Shown: positions 1-9,866, counted from the first letter of the stretch. The stretch: 64,000 nt of DNA from an uncultured Acidimicrobiales bacterium (GCA_937922805.1 CALAJV010000024.1:1942-65941); one strand, 5' to 3'. The notes: a model not told the origin generated them from the sequence alone. A program made the numbers and translations.

Positions 1-477
1 AGCGTTCCGGTTCATCGCGTCAACTTCCCCTACCGACAGAAAAATCCGAAACGAGGCTTTCCCGATCGAATGCCGAAGCTGCTCGAAGCAGTCGACCAAG
101 CGGTAAATGAAGCATCGGAGATGTGGGGTATTCCGCCGGATCGAATTGTGGTTGGCGGTCGATCAATGGGAGGCCGAGCGGCTTCGATAGCGGCAACCCA
201 AGGCCTGAACCCGGCCGGTCTCTTGCTCTTGAGCTACCCGCTGCATCCTCCCAAGAAGCCAGAGAACCTTCGGGTTGACCACTTCGGCGATATTGCTTGC
301 CCGGTTCTGCTTATCCAAGGAAACCGAGATCCGTTCGGAACCCCGGAGGAGTTTGCTCATCATCTGCCAGCGATCCAGACCGAAGTAACCGAAGTGTGGT
401 TAGACGCCAACCACGGCCCCAAGCGTTTTGATAGTCAAATAGTGGCTGAGACTCAGGAATGGCTCAACTCCCTCTAG
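1..477 (+). CDS. alpha/beta-fold hydrolase (COG3571-type predicted hydrolase); 5' end lies upstream of the window
   Basis: Frame 1 is open from base 1 (SVPVHRVNFPYRQKNPKRGFPDR precedes the listed Met at 70), so the gene is cut by the window edge. It has the nucleophile elbow GRSMGG, then GNRDPFG and ANHG, consistent with a Ser-Asp-His hydrolase. Confidence 0.65.
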   Translation, partial: SVPVHRVNFPYRQKNPKRGFPDRMPKLLEAVDQAVNEASEMWGIPPDRIVVGGRSMGGRAASIAATQGLNPAGLLLLSYPLHPPKKPENLRVDHFGDIACPVLLIQGNRDPFGTPEEFAHHLPAIQTEVTEVWLDANHGPKRFDSQIVAETQEWLNSL

Positions 478-505
478 GGCCCTAGACGGCTTGCGCGAAG
501 TTTTG

Positions 506-2056
506 CTAGGCGCGGCTGGTAAGGGTCGGATCGTCTGGGTTGAAGGTTTCGAGTTCCTGATCGGCGGTTTCGGGGAAGAAAAGAATGATCACGACGGCGA
601 CGATTAGCGGCGCGAAAACCATCATGCCGATTGACTGACCGAGGCTTCCCGTCCGCTCTGATAAGTAGCCGACTGCGAAAAGACCAGTGGCGCTGCCAGC
701 AACTAAGACAACGTCGAGCATGCCCCCTACTCGACCTCTAGATCGGGTGGGGAAAAGTTCTGTTTGGTAACCCCGCATAGCTGGAACCGTTGCCGCAGCG
801 CACGTTGCCGATATGCAAGCGGTGATCCACAGCCCAGCTCCGGTGAGTTGATAGGACAGGGCTGAAAAGACAACCGCGATCGACAGGGACCCAGCCCCAA
901 GCCATCGTCGACCGTAGCGATCAGCCAAATATCCGGCGACAGGAATGGCGATCGAGGCCGGTATGGATACCAGCACCTGAAACAGTGTGATCTTGGTGGC
1001 GGTAAACGAAAGGTCGTCGCTCAAGTATTCGTTGCGAAACTGCGATGCCGGCGACAAATAGACGCCGCTGGCATAGGCCGCGAACCCAATCAAAGCGAAC
1101 CGTCCCCATCTAATACGATCGGGTGCGCTGTGCTGGGTGGCGGCAGTGAATCTTCGTGTTTCCGGGAACCATCGGCCAACCCAAGCCAAAATAGGTAGGA
1201 ACAAAAGGGGGAGGGCATAGGTGATACGCCAACCGCCTACGATTAAGTCGGCCAATGGGAGCGTGAATACCACCATTGAGGCGCCGAAGCCGGTGGTTAG
1301 CGTGAGAAACCCAATGCACAAAGCCCGCGACGACGCCGGCACTTCTTCGGTCGAAGCGACCGTTATTAGGGTTAGGAGACCGGTGGCCAACCCGCGGGCC
1401 ACAGTTTGTGATCCGCCGAGGAAGAAGATGTTTGGCGATGCAGCCCCGACCGCGGTTAGCACGATGGCTAAGGCGGCAAAAGTTAGGGTGAGTGGCCTTC
1501 GGCCGATTCTGTCGGCCCAGCGGAGAAAAACAAACGAGATCACGACGCCAATTCGGACAATCCCCAACGTGAAACCTTGGACTTGGTCATCGACACCAAA
1601 GTCTTTCGCCGCGAACGTGAGCGTTTGGCCGATAATGACGCCGAGGTAGCCGGCCATTGTGCCGATCGTTGCTAAAGCGGCAATGAGCCGAGCCGTATCG
1701 GCGGTGACGACTTCGGTTGGCCACCACCAACGGCGCCGTGGTGCCCGATCAGGGTCGGCCAATGCCTTCTTAATCGGAGGTAAGAGGTATGGCCACCACA
1801 GAGGAATAGCAAGCTTGAAATCAGTTCGCTCCGTTACTTCGAACAGCGGACCAGAGCGGTCATCATCGATTGTGGCCGCTGTGGCTCGGTCAACCGACTG
1901 GACAGTCAAGGTTCGTCGATAGTGATCGAATGGACCTTCGACCATGCTCCACTCATTGCTACCGACTGATTCTTCGATCAGAAGATCAGTTCGCGGTTGG
2001 CGAAGAAGCTCTAGTTCACTCGCGGTAACTATCCGTTTGTGTTCGACGTGCGACAA
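506..2056 (-). CDS. MFS transporter with ~110-aa soluble N-terminal extension
   Basis: 516-aa ORF with about 12 hydrophobic spans. MFS motif-A-like loops ADRIGRRP and ADRYGRRW sit in the two halves. Confidence 0.85.
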   Translation of the reverse strand: MSHVEHKRIVTASELELLRQPRTDLLIEESVGSNEWSMVEGPFDHYRRTLTVQSVDRATAATIDDDRSGPLFEVTERTDFKLAIPLWWPYLLPPIKKALADPDRAPRRRWWWPTEVVTADTARLIAALATIGTMAGYLGVIIGQTLTFAAKDFGVDDQVQGFTLGIVRIGVVISFVFLRWADRIGRRPLTLTFAALAIVLTAVGAASPNIFFLGGSQTVARGLATGLLTLITVASTEEVPASSRALCIGFLTLTTGFGASMVVFTLPLADLIVGGWRITYALPLLFLPILAWVGRWFPETRRFTAATQHSAPDRIRWGRFALIGFAAYASGVYLSPASQFRNEYLSDDLSFTATKITLFQVLVSIPASIAIPVAGYLADRYGRRWLGAGSLSIAVVFSALSYQLTGAGLWITACISATCAAATVPAMRGYQTELFPTRSRGRVGGMLDVVLVAGSATGLFAVGYLSERTGSLGQSIGMMVFAPLIVAVVIILFFPETADQELETFNPDDPTLTSRA

Positions 2057-2067
2057 CTACTTTGCCC

Positions 2068-2283
2068 TCATTCGCGCTCGCCGACTTCAGAAGGAATGTC
2101 CGGGCCGCCGAAGTCATGGCTAAGAGCTTCAGGAGTGGTTGTCGTCGCCACCGACTCTTGCTCTAGTTGTTTCGCTAGCCGCCGATTGGCCACCCAAAGC
2201 AGCAAGCCGATCAGCGCCAATGGTGCCACCACAAGAAGGATCTCGTCCCAACCTCCCTGGTGTGCGAAAAATGGCGCAGACAT
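2068..2283 (-). CDS. small single-pass membrane protein, unknown function
   Basis: 71-aa ORF ending 11 nt upstream of the MFS gene on the same strand. It has one hydrophobic span (ILLVVAPLALIGLLLWV). No recognisable family. Confidence 0.4.
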   Translation of the reverse strand: MSAPFFAHQGGWDEILLVVAPLALIGLLLWVANRRLAKQLEQESVATTTTPEALSHDFGGPDIPSEVGERE

Positions 2284-2408
2284 AGCTTCCAGCGTAGAGG
2301 CTTAACAAGGTAACGGAGGCAACGGAGTCGACTTTCAAACCCCCGTACGTCGGGCGTCACACCCCCGTCGGATGAGCTATCGACCGAGCAAATCCAGTAG
2401 ATTTGTAG

Positions 2409-2852
2409 GTGATGCCTGACCAGTCACCAATTGCTGACTTTGATACCGATCAAAGCACCGCTGACAACCAATCAGCCGACAACCAATCAGACGAAACAGT
2501 TTCGTCCTCAGCTAATGCTGGACAAGGTGATGCGAGTGCTAGCTCAACAACTGATTCCCTGGTTGGAGCAACGAGTGGTGAGTTCTACGATGCGGTGGCT
2601 CAAGTAGTCAAGATAATTCGGCCAGCGGTGCAAGCCGATCAGGGCGACATTTTCCTTCGAGGTGTCGACGAAGATACCGGTGTTGTCTCCGTCGAGCTTG
2701 TAGGAGCCTGCATTACCTGCCCCGCCTCATCACAAACGTTGAAGCAAGGCCTAGAACGAATCCTTAGCCAACGAGTCGAAGGTGTAACTTCGGTGGTTCA
2801 TGTGGGGGAAGCGTTGGCCGGATACGAAGACGGCACCGCCGTTTCGCTCTAG
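2409..2852 (+). CDS. NifU C-terminal (Nfu-type) Fe-S cluster assembly domain protein
   Basis: The C-terminal half carries the Nfu-like core with CxxC (GACITCPAS) and ...TLKQGLERIL. The N-terminal ~70 aa are D/S/Q-rich low complexity. Starts GTG 2409 / ATG 2412. Confidence 0.8.
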   Translation: MMPDQSPIADFDTDQSTADNQSADNQSDETVSSSANAGQGDASASSTTDSLVGATSGEFYDAVAQVVKIIRPAVQADQGDIFLRGVDEDTGVVSVELVGACITCPASSQTLKQGLERILSQRVEGVTSVVHVGEALAGYEDGTAVSL

Positions 2853-2923
2853 TTGAGCAAACCAGCGATGCCGTAGCACTACGTTTCTGGTATCCATCGT
2901 TTCCGATGGTACAGCGATGCGAA

Positions 2924-3289
2924 TTAGCGGCTCTTCAACGCATCTCGAATCTCAGCTAGCAGTACCTGATCAGGTGTCTCAGCTGGTGCGGTGTTGGCGC
3001 CAGCCTTAGCTAAGGCTTTAACGATCATGAAGACGATGAATGCGATCATGATGAACGTAATCAGAGCGTTAACCATTGGGCCGAGCTGAATACCAGCGAT
3101 GTTCATATTGCCCGCGATGTCGTAAACGCCATCATCGTTTGGTGTCATACCGAACACCTTGGCAACGATCGAGAGAACAAGGGCCACAACGGCGTCGACC
3201 ATGGGGAGAAAGGCCAACGCAAGAACGAGCCCGACAGCGATCGGGATTACGTTGAACTTCTCCAGAAACTCGCGAAACTCTTTTAACAT
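2924..3289 (-). CDS. mscL: large-conductance mechanosensitive channel MscL
   Basis: 121 aa with N-terminus MLKEFREFLEKFNVIPIAVGLVLA, two TM helices and typical MscL length. Confidence 0.9.
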   Translation of the reverse strand: MLKEFREFLEKFNVIPIAVGLVLALAFLPMVDAVVALVLSIVAKVFGMTPNDDGVYDIAGNMNIAGIQLGPMVNALITFIMIAFIVFMIVKALAKAGANTAPAETPDQVLLAEIRDALKSR

Positions 3290-3480
3290 AAGTGCCTCCT
3301 ACAGGCATTGATTACAAACATTGACTACAGACGTGAACCGAGCGGTGTAGCGACTGTGCCCTCCGCACAATGATTCGCTTAGCCAGTGTTACCTAAAAAG
3401 GGCGTAGGAGCGTGAATGGTCGCATAAAAGCGACCTAAAGAGCGGCTAGTAATTGTAGCTCTGGACTGATATCGCCAGTT

Positions 3481-3921
3481 TTAGCCGTTTTCGAGTTTTA
3501 TTTTTAGGCGTTTAAGATTTCGTTTCCAAATACCGCCCAGAACTGGCCGGGCCACAAAGGCACCTAAGGGTCCAGCCAGCCACCATGGAAATGAAAGATC
3601 TTCCCACCAGACGAACAGCGTTCGCTCGTCGCCTTGTGGGGTCAGAACGAATTCACCCTCGCCGGTAACAACTCCGACGTGGCGAACTCCCATTCGTCTT
3701 TCGTCTTCCCAGCTGGTTATGGTCATTTCGTCGGTCAGCTTGATTGGGCCAACCACCGTGTCGCACTCAAACGACGTCCCGACACCTTCTGTTTGGTCAG
3801 TGGTGAACCGGATGGCAGCGGCGTCAGCCATCCACTCGACGTGAGAAGAAATATCACGAAGGTAAGCCCAAACTTGGTCTGGGGTTTTGTCGATAACAAC
3901 GGAAACGGTTACTGCTGGCAC
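3481..3921 (-). CDS. SRPBCC-family (polyketide cyclase/dehydrase-like) protein
   Basis: 146 aa. The pattern ...DKTPDQVWAYLRDISSHVEWM... and a C-terminal amphipathic helix are typical of SRPBCC/START-like ligand-binding proteins. Confidence 0.7.
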   Translation of the reverse strand: MPAVTVSVVIDKTPDQVWAYLRDISSHVEWMADAAAIRFTTDQTEGVGTSFECDTVVGPIKLTDEMTITSWEDERRMGVRHVGVVTGEGEFVLTPQGDERTLFVWWEDLSFPWWLAGPLGAFVARPVLGGIWKRNLKRLKIKLENG

Positions 3922-3959
3922 CCAACCGATAGTACGGCATCACCACAAGGGTTGACGGA

Positions 3960-4811
3960 TCAGAAGGCTCGGTAAACCGACACATGCGTTGTCGACGTCG
4001 GAAGATACGGGTTCTCATCCCACGACGAGAACCGTTCGACCAGTTGAAGGCCAACCGTACTAGCGAGGTGGTCGAGCTGGGTCGGATTTAGCCACCGCAA
4101 CATCCAGGGTCTGATTCTGACCCCGGTGTCAGACACCTCAATATGTTGACCGGTCATCGTTTGATCGCTACGAATTTGCGTTGCCGACACAGTGACATCG
4201 GATGGTCCAACTGTGCGCACCCCAATCGATTGGGTTGGCTCGTTGGGCAAGTCGTCGACTGTTAACGCCTCCAGAATAACAACACCCCCTTCGGCTACTA
4301 GCCTTCTTGCTTCACTCAAGACCAAACGGTGGCCGTCGTCGTCGACCACGTTGAACAGCGTGTTGAAGGCGATAACCACGGCGGCAATAGAGGTGGTTGG
4401 CGTGGGACGAAGAGGGATCGAGCGCATATCGGCAGCCGCTAGTCCGGTGGCCTGAGCGAGATTCGAGCTGACGTATCGACTTAGCATCGGCAACGAGGCA
4501 TCAATTCCAACCACCGACAGTCCGGCATCGCCCATTGGTCCGGCAAGTCGTCCGGTTCCAACTCCAAACTCGATCACAACCTCACCCGTCGGCTCGCTCG
4601 GCGTTTCAGTTGTTGGGTTGTTGATCTTGTTGCTTTGTGACTCATGGCTAGCGCGAACTCGGCGAGCGATGAAGCTAGCTGCAGCGTCAGCGTCAGAAAC
4701 GTCGTGGTACCACTGATCGTAGACATCGACAAAGGCTTGGCCGTAGGCAGTCGGTGAGCGAAGATTGAGCGCAGGCGCGTCATCGCTGTCTATCGCTTCA
4801 TCGTTGCCCAT
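3960..4811 (-). CDS. class I SAM-dependent methyltransferase
   Basis: Motif I VIEFGVGTGRL is followed by acidic VGIDAS and AFNTLFNV (post-I/II motifs). Confidence 0.75.
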   Translation of the reverse strand: MGNDEAIDSDDAPALNLRSPTAYGQAFVDVYDQWYHDVSDADAAASFIARRVRASHESQSNKINNPTTETPSEPTGEVVIEFGVGTGRLAGPMGDAGLSVVGIDASLPMLSRYVSSNLAQATGLAAADMRSIPLRPTPTTSIAAVVIAFNTLFNVVDDDGHRLVLSEARRLVAEGGVVILEALTVDDLPNEPTQSIGVRTVGPSDVTVSATQIRSDQTMTGQHIEVSDTGVRIRPWMLRWLNPTQLDHLASTVGLQLVERFSSWDENPYLPTSTTHVSVYRAF

Positions 4812-4832
4812 CGCCCCACACTACAATCATCT

Positions 4833-5177
4833 GTGATGAGTATCAGAGTTGAAAGAGCCGACCTGCCAGCCGAGATCGTAAAACGAGGAGCTGGCTTTTT
4901 GCTGACGTCGATCATGGACAGTAGGCCACACGCTGCTCATCTGCAGATCGAGGTGGCGGTCGAAGGCGATCAGGTCGAAATTCGCACTCCAGCAGGCCGG
5001 ACCAGCAGAGCCAACTGTGACATGCAACCGTCGGTTACCATGCTCTGGCCCGCTACCAGCGAAGGAGATCACAGTCTCATCGTTGACGGAGAAGCCCGAC
5101 TCGACGGCGATAGTCACGTCATCGTCACGGTTCTCAACGCTATCCTTCATCGTCCGGCGCCACCGGCTAATCCCTAA
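4833..5177 (+). CDS. small PPOX-class (pyridoxamine 5'-phosphate oxidase-like / split-barrel) protein, tentative
   Basis: 114 aa. The pattern GFLLTSIMDSRPHAAHL...LIVDGEARL...AILHRPA resembles split-barrel flavin/F420-binding proteins. It competes with an antisense 107-aa ORF that looks less protein-like. Confidence 0.45.
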   Translation: MMSIRVERADLPAEIVKRGAGFLLTSIMDSRPHAAHLQIEVAVEGDQVEIRTPAGRTSRANCDMQPSVTMLWPATSEGDHSLIVDGEARLDGDSHVIVTVLNAILHRPAPPANP

Positions 5178-5225
5178 TCAGAAATTGCCTCATCACCAAT
5201 CTGTCAAGTTCGGTAGCCTGGAGTA

Positions 5226-6428
5226 ATGGCCTTCTACCTAGACAACGCAGCAACCACGGGCATTCGTCCGTCTGCGCTTGAGGTGATGGTGCCCCTCCTG
5301 GCCGAAGAGTTTGGTAACCCGTCTGGGGCACACCGGATGGCCCGAGCAGCAAACCGGGTACTCGATGACGCCCGAGAAACGATGGCGGCTTGTCTTGGAG
5401 CCGAACCAGGAGAAATAATCTTTACCAGTGGTGGAACTGAGTCCGACAATTTAGCGATCCAAGGTTCTCTGACCGCTCGCCCTGGAATTGCGGTTTGTTC
5501 TGCCATCGAGCACCATGCGGTGCTCGACCCGGTAGAACACGCAGGCGGTCGGGTTGTCCGAGTGAACGAAGATGGCCTAGTCGATCTCGATCATTTGGCT
5601 GATTGCTTGGCCGGATCCGAAGATGTGCCGGTGTCAGTGGTGTCGATAATGTTGGCCAACAACGAGACCGGCGTAATTCAACCACTCGACCAGATCGAGC
5701 GGCTTGTTCGTAAACTCGCCCCCGAAGCGCTACTCCACACCGACGCCGTGCAGGCAATGTGTTGGCTCGACGTAGCCGAACTAACCGCCCGAGCCGACCT
5801 AGTTTCGGTGAGCGCACACAAATTTGGCGGACCCAAAGGAGTCGGGGTGATGGTGGCTCGATCGGGCAAAAACGTTGAGCCGCTATTCCGGGGCGGTGGC
5901 CAGGAGCGAGGCCGACGCGGCGGCACTCACAACGTTGCCGGCATCGCAGCTATGGCGGTGGCTGCCAAAGAGACGGTGGCGGAGCGGGCAACTCAAGTGC
6001 CGCGGGTGTCGGAGCTACGAGATCGCTTGGCTGACGGGATCGTCAGCACGGTCGAGGGAGTTTTCGAGACCGGCGTTACCTCTCCTGCTGAGCTTCAACC
6101 CAGCGATAGCACCAAGAATGATAAAGCTAAGAATGAAGCAAAACGAATCAACAAGATAGCGAACATCTGTCATCTGTGCTTCGCTGATGTTGAGAGCGAA
6201 GCGCTGCTCTTCTTGTTGGAAAAAGACGACATAATGGCGTCCGCCGCCTCCTCTTGCTCTAGCGGGGCAATTGAGCCAAGCCACGTCCTAACTGCCATGG
6301 GATTTGATCGACAATTGGCCTTTGGTTCGCTGCGGCTATCTCTCGGTTATGGCACCACTGAAGCCGATGTTGAGGCAGCCCTCAACACAATTCCCCCAGC
6401 TGTTCAACGGCTTCGGGAGCGAGCGTAG
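5226..6428 (+). CDS. iscS: cysteine desulfurase (IscS/NifS family, PLP-dependent)
   Basis: 400 aa with the PLP-Lys motif SVSAHKFGGPKGVG and an active-site Cys loop SSCSSGAIEPSHVL. It lies immediately upstream of mnmA, as in other Actinomycetota. A K/N-rich AT-rich insert lies at ~6085-6160. Confidence 0.9.
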   Translation: MAFYLDNAATTGIRPSALEVMVPLLAEEFGNPSGAHRMARAANRVLDDARETMAACLGAEPGEIIFTSGGTESDNLAIQGSLTARPGIAVCSAIEHHAVLDPVEHAGGRVVRVNEDGLVDLDHLADCLAGSEDVPVSVVSIMLANNETGVIQPLDQIERLVRKLAPEALLHTDAVQAMCWLDVAELTARADLVSVSAHKFGGPKGVGVMVARSGKNVEPLFRGGGQERGRRGGTHNVAGIAAMAVAAKETVAERATQVPRVSELRDRLADGIVSTVEGVFETGVTSPAELQPSDSTKNDKAKNEAKRINKIANICHLCFADVESEALLFLLEKDDIMASAASSCSSGAIEPSHVLTAMGFDRQLAFGSLRLSLGYGTTEADVEAALNTIPPAVQRLRERA

Positions 6429-6443
6429 CTAAGACCCGTACAA

Positions 6444-7664
6444 TTGAGTGAGATGACAGATCCGAACCAATCAAACGAAGCGCCCAGTCGAGGCGACGTA
6501 CTCGTTGCCATGTCTGGCGGCGTCGATTCCTCTGTGGCGGCTGCACTGCTTCAACGCGACGGGTACCGGGTCGTTGGAGTAACGCTCAAGCTCTGGGGCG
6601 GCGAAAGCGATTCTGGTTGTTGTTCCGTTTCCGATGTTGATGATGCTCGTCGTGTCGCTCAGCAGCTAGATATCGAGCATCATGTATTCAACTTTGGTGA
6701 TGATTTCGACAAGTTCGTTGTAGACCCATACGTCGCTGACCATCAACGGGGTCATACACCGAATCCGTGCGTTGAATGCAACCGCCATATCAAGTTCGAC
6801 AAGTTGTTTCGCCGAGCGGATGCTCTTGGTTTCGACATGATTGCTACTGGGCACCACGCCCGAGTAGTCACCGACCCAGACGGGTCGTTCCGAATCAGCA
6901 GAGGAGCCGACGACCTCAAGGATCAGTCGTATGTGCTCCACATGCTCGACCAAAACCAGCTCGGTCGCCTCCTTCTTCCGGTTGGCGACATAACCAAAGA
7001 GCAAGTTCGTGAACTAGCGGCTGAGTTGGGTATGCGAACAGCTGACAAGCCAGATAGCCAAGACGTCTGTTTCATCCACTCCGAAGGTGGGCGCAAAGTA
7101 TTTCTCGGTGACCGAATCTCCCTTCGACCAGCAACGCTGGTAGATCAGGAAGGCGAAAAAGTCGGCGAGGTCGACTCCATCGAATTAGTCACCCTCGGGC
7201 AGCGGAAAGGCCTTGATCTCGGTGGAGATGTTGGTCGGCGCTATGTGGTTGATATTGATCACGAGACGGCAACCGTCACCGTCGGGCACAAAGACAAGTT
7301 GTTGGTAGCCGGTCAAAAGGTCGAGAACCTCGAATGGTCCGATATGGAGCTGTCCGGTGAGTTCAAGGTTCAATGTTCGGCTCACGGAAGGGTGCTGCGA
7401 GGAAGCCTTGACGGTTCAACAATTGTCTGGTGGCAGCCTCAACGTCGAATTGCTCGAGGTCAATCGATCGTGCTGTACCGAGGCGATGAAGTTGTTGGTG
7501 GAGGGATCGCTGGTGACGCTATCGAAGTTCAAAATGACGCGGCCAACAGCGACGTAGCACCCAACAGTGCAGTACCCAAGAGTGCAGTACCCGACGGAAC
7601 CGAAGACAACGGCGCCGTAGACGACGATGCCGCTGAGCCGATGGTCGCTTCCGACTTCACCTAG
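6444..7664 (+). CDS. mnmA: tRNA 2-thiouridine(34) synthase MnmA
   Basis: PP-loop SGGVDSSV, plus CCS..D..DAR and NPCVECNRHIKF motifs. TTG 6444 or ATG 6453 start. A ~45-aa low-complexity C-terminal tail is present. Confidence 0.9.
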   Translation: MSEMTDPNQSNEAPSRGDVLVAMSGGVDSSVAAALLQRDGYRVVGVTLKLWGGESDSGCCSVSDVDDARRVAQQLDIEHHVFNFGDDFDKFVVDPYVADHQRGHTPNPCVECNRHIKFDKLFRRADALGFDMIATGHHARVVTDPDGSFRISRGADDLKDQSYVLHMLDQNQLGRLLLPVGDITKEQVRELAAELGMRTADKPDSQDVCFIHSEGGRKVFLGDRISLRPATLVDQEGEKVGEVDSIELVTLGQRKGLDLGGDVGRRYVVDIDHETATVTVGHKDKLLVAGQKVENLEWSDMELSGEFKVQCSAHGRVLRGSLDGSTIVWWQPQRRIARGQSIVLYRGDEVVGGGIAGDAIEVQNDAANSDVAPNSAVPKSAVPDGTEDNGAVDDDAAEPMVASDFT

Positions 7665-7669
7665 CAACT

Positions 7670-8731
7670 ATGGCTAAAATTCTGACGCCTGACCAGATCG
7701 ATCAGGCAGTCGAGGCCCTGCACGCAGGCCAGCTAGTCGCGTTTCCGACCGAGACGGTATACGGACTGGGAGCAGACGCGACGCGGGCCGAGGCAGTGGC
7801 ACAAATATTTGAAGTGAAGGGTCGGCCAACCGTTCACCCACTGATTGTTCACCTTGGCGATATCGAGTGGCTCGACCGGTTCGGGACAAATTTGTCGTAT
7901 CAGGCCAAAGCGTTAGCCGAAGCGTTCTGGCCTGGCCCGTTGACAATTATCGTTTCCCGGCGAACAAAAGACGACAACGATCTTGCCAGCACTGACGTTT
8001 TCGTGGCTGATGAAACAGTAGGTGGCAAATCTACCATCGGGCTACGAGTGCCCGACCACCCGGTGACCCTCGATCTGCTTCGACGCTTTGGTCGGGGAGT
8101 TGCCGGTCCGTCCGCTAACACATTCGGTGGCGTTAGCCCAACTACGGCTCAACACGTTGTCGACGATTTAGGCTCGAACGTGGCGTTCGTCGTTGATGGG
8201 GGACCGTCGGCAATCGGGGTCGAATCAACCATTGTCGATGTGTCCACTAACCAGCCAACGTTGCTACGACCAGGAGGGATCTCGACCGTTGAATTAGAAG
8301 GCGTTCTTGGTGTCCCAATGATCGACGGTCGCTCTGGTCCATCTCGAGCGCCAGGAATGATGATCTCGCATTACTCGCCCCAAGCGAAGGTAGAACTAGT
8401 TACCGCCGCTGAACTAAGAACTACGGTAGAAACGGCGTTGGCTGCGTTGCCGGCTGAATCATCTGAGCAACGTTCGGGTTCGATCGGCGTCATAGCCCCG
8501 CAGGCTTCCCGAGCGGTCTCAGGGCGTAGCTCGGACGCCACGGTAACCACATGGGACATGCCGTCCGATGCCGGAGGCTACGCCGCTCAGCTTTATGCCG
8601 TCCTCCGTCAGGTCGATGTGGAGCAGATCGGCCTCGTCTATGTGGTTCCGCCCGATACCGGTCATCTAAGAGATGCCGTCGTCGATCGGCTACAAAAAGC
8701 CGCTGCCGACAAACGAGCCCAGAACCGTTGA
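7670..8731 (+). CDS. tsaC: L-threonylcarbamoyladenylate synthase (YrdC domain plus Sua5 C-terminal domain)
   Basis: YrdC motif FPTETVYGLGADA...KGRP. At 353 aa it is the long Sua5/YwlC type. Confidence 0.9.
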   Translation: MAKILTPDQIDQAVEALHAGQLVAFPTETVYGLGADATRAEAVAQIFEVKGRPTVHPLIVHLGDIEWLDRFGTNLSYQAKALAEAFWPGPLTIIVSRRTKDDNDLASTDVFVADETVGGKSTIGLRVPDHPVTLDLLRRFGRGVAGPSANTFGGVSPTTAQHVVDDLGSNVAFVVDGGPSAIGVESTIVDVSTNQPTLLRPGGISTVELEGVLGVPMIDGRSGPSRAPGMMISHYSPQAKVELVTAAELRTTVETALAALPAESSEQRSGSIGVIAPQASRAVSGRSSDATVTTWDMPSDAGGYAAQLYAVLRQVDVEQIGLVYVVPPDTGHLRDAVVDRLQKAAADKRAQNR

Positions 8732-8761
8732 ACCGACTTCTCCTAAAACGGAATGGTGAGC

Positions 8762-9745
8762 TTAGGTTCGGCGACGACGTCGGTTTGTTCGTTTTTTCGC
8801 CACTAGCTGGGTAGTAGCTGTTACCTCTTCGACCTCTGGAACTGGTTTGTCTCCATCCAAAACGGCTCGAATGAATGCAATGTGTTCGGGTGAACTACCA
8901 CAACAGGCGCCGATGAGCTGAACTCCAATTTCTTGGGCCCGGGCGGCGTAGGCGGCCATAACCTCTGGCGTTCCGCTGTAGCTGAGTTCGGAGCCGTGCC
9001 ATTGGGGGATGCCGGCGTTGCCCTTGCTGATCAAGAGTAGGTCGGGAGCAGCCTCTCGCATTTGGACCAAAGCTGCTTCGGTGTCAGCTAAGTTGTTGCC
9101 GCAGTTGGCGCCGATTGCGTCGATATCTAACCGTAAGGCCAGCTCGGCGGCCGCAGTCCCGGTTACCCCCATCATGGTTCGACCCGCAGTATCGAAGCTC
9201 ATCGTGGCACAAATGGGAAGATCTGACATCTGACGACACCCGTCGACGGCGGCCTCGACCTCTTCAATCGAACTCATCGTTTCAATCCAGAGCAGGTCAG
9301 CGCCTCCTTTGGCTAGCCCGTCGGCTTGCTCGGCGAAGGCAGCGGTACAAGATGCTGGCGTCATCGAACCCATTGGCTCCATAAGCTCGCCGGTTGGGCC
9401 AATCGAACCAGCAACTAACACTGTTCGATCGGGTTTGGCCTCCATGGCTTGATCAGCTACCTCGCGGCCGAGCCTGGCCGCCGCCTCGTTTATCTCGACA
9501 ACCCGATCTTGTAGTTTGTGGAGGGCCAGCCGGTAGTGGGTCCCACCGAAGGTATTAGTCAAGAAGATGTTCGAACCAGCATCAACGTAGGCGCGGTATG
9601 CGCTTCGTATCTTGTCTGGCTCGTCGAGGTTCCACTGTTCCGGCGGATCGCCGGGCCCCAAGCCTCGGCTAAAGAGCTCGGTGCCGGTGGCGCCGTCGAG
9701 CAACGCAAATCCAGTTTGGTCGATTAGAGAGCGGAGGGCATTCAT
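8762..9745 (-). CDS. homocysteine S-methyltransferase family protein
   Basis: N-terminal LLDGATGTELF, plus the Zn-ligand motifs GANCG and GACCGSSPEHI. Confidence 0.85.
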   Translation of the reverse strand: MNALRSLIDQTGFALLDGATGTELFSRGLGPGDPPEQWNLDEPDKIRSAYRAYVDAGSNIFLTNTFGGTHYRLALHKLQDRVVEINEAAARLGREVADQAMEAKPDRTVLVAGSIGPTGELMEPMGSMTPASCTAAFAEQADGLAKGGADLLWIETMSSIEEVEAAVDGCRQMSDLPICATMSFDTAGRTMMGVTGTAAAELALRLDIDAIGANCGNNLADTEAALVQMREAAPDLLLISKGNAGIPQWHGSELSYSGTPEVMAAYAARAQEIGVQLIGACCGSSPEHIAFIRAVLDGDKPVPEVEEVTATTQLVAKKRTNRRRRRT

Positions 9746-9866
9746 ATCGTTCAGTCTTACCGCTCGAAGCCGTGCTTGCTGGACTTTAGACGAGGTTTTG
9801 CCTCATGCCCGATCGATGGTCTGTCGATTTTTGAACATCCGCATGGTGCAGAGTTACCCTCAGGTC

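Noticed and set aside
2894-2909. Hairpin CCATCG-tttc-CGATGG between the convergent NifU-like and mscL genes as a terminator
   Set aside because: The stem is only 6 bp with no flanking U/A tract. It is too weak to call.
4827-5150. 107-aa minus-strand ORF overlapping the PPOX-like ORF
   Set aside because: The plus-strand translation resembles split-barrel flavoproteins. The minus-strand product has no recognisable features. The choice remains low-confidence.
9612-9866. N-terminal 85-aa extension of the class II aldolase ORF
   Set aside because: It overlaps the 5' end of the convergently read homocysteine methyltransferase gene and is R/S/P-rich. Conserved aldolase sequence begins after ATG 9843/9867.
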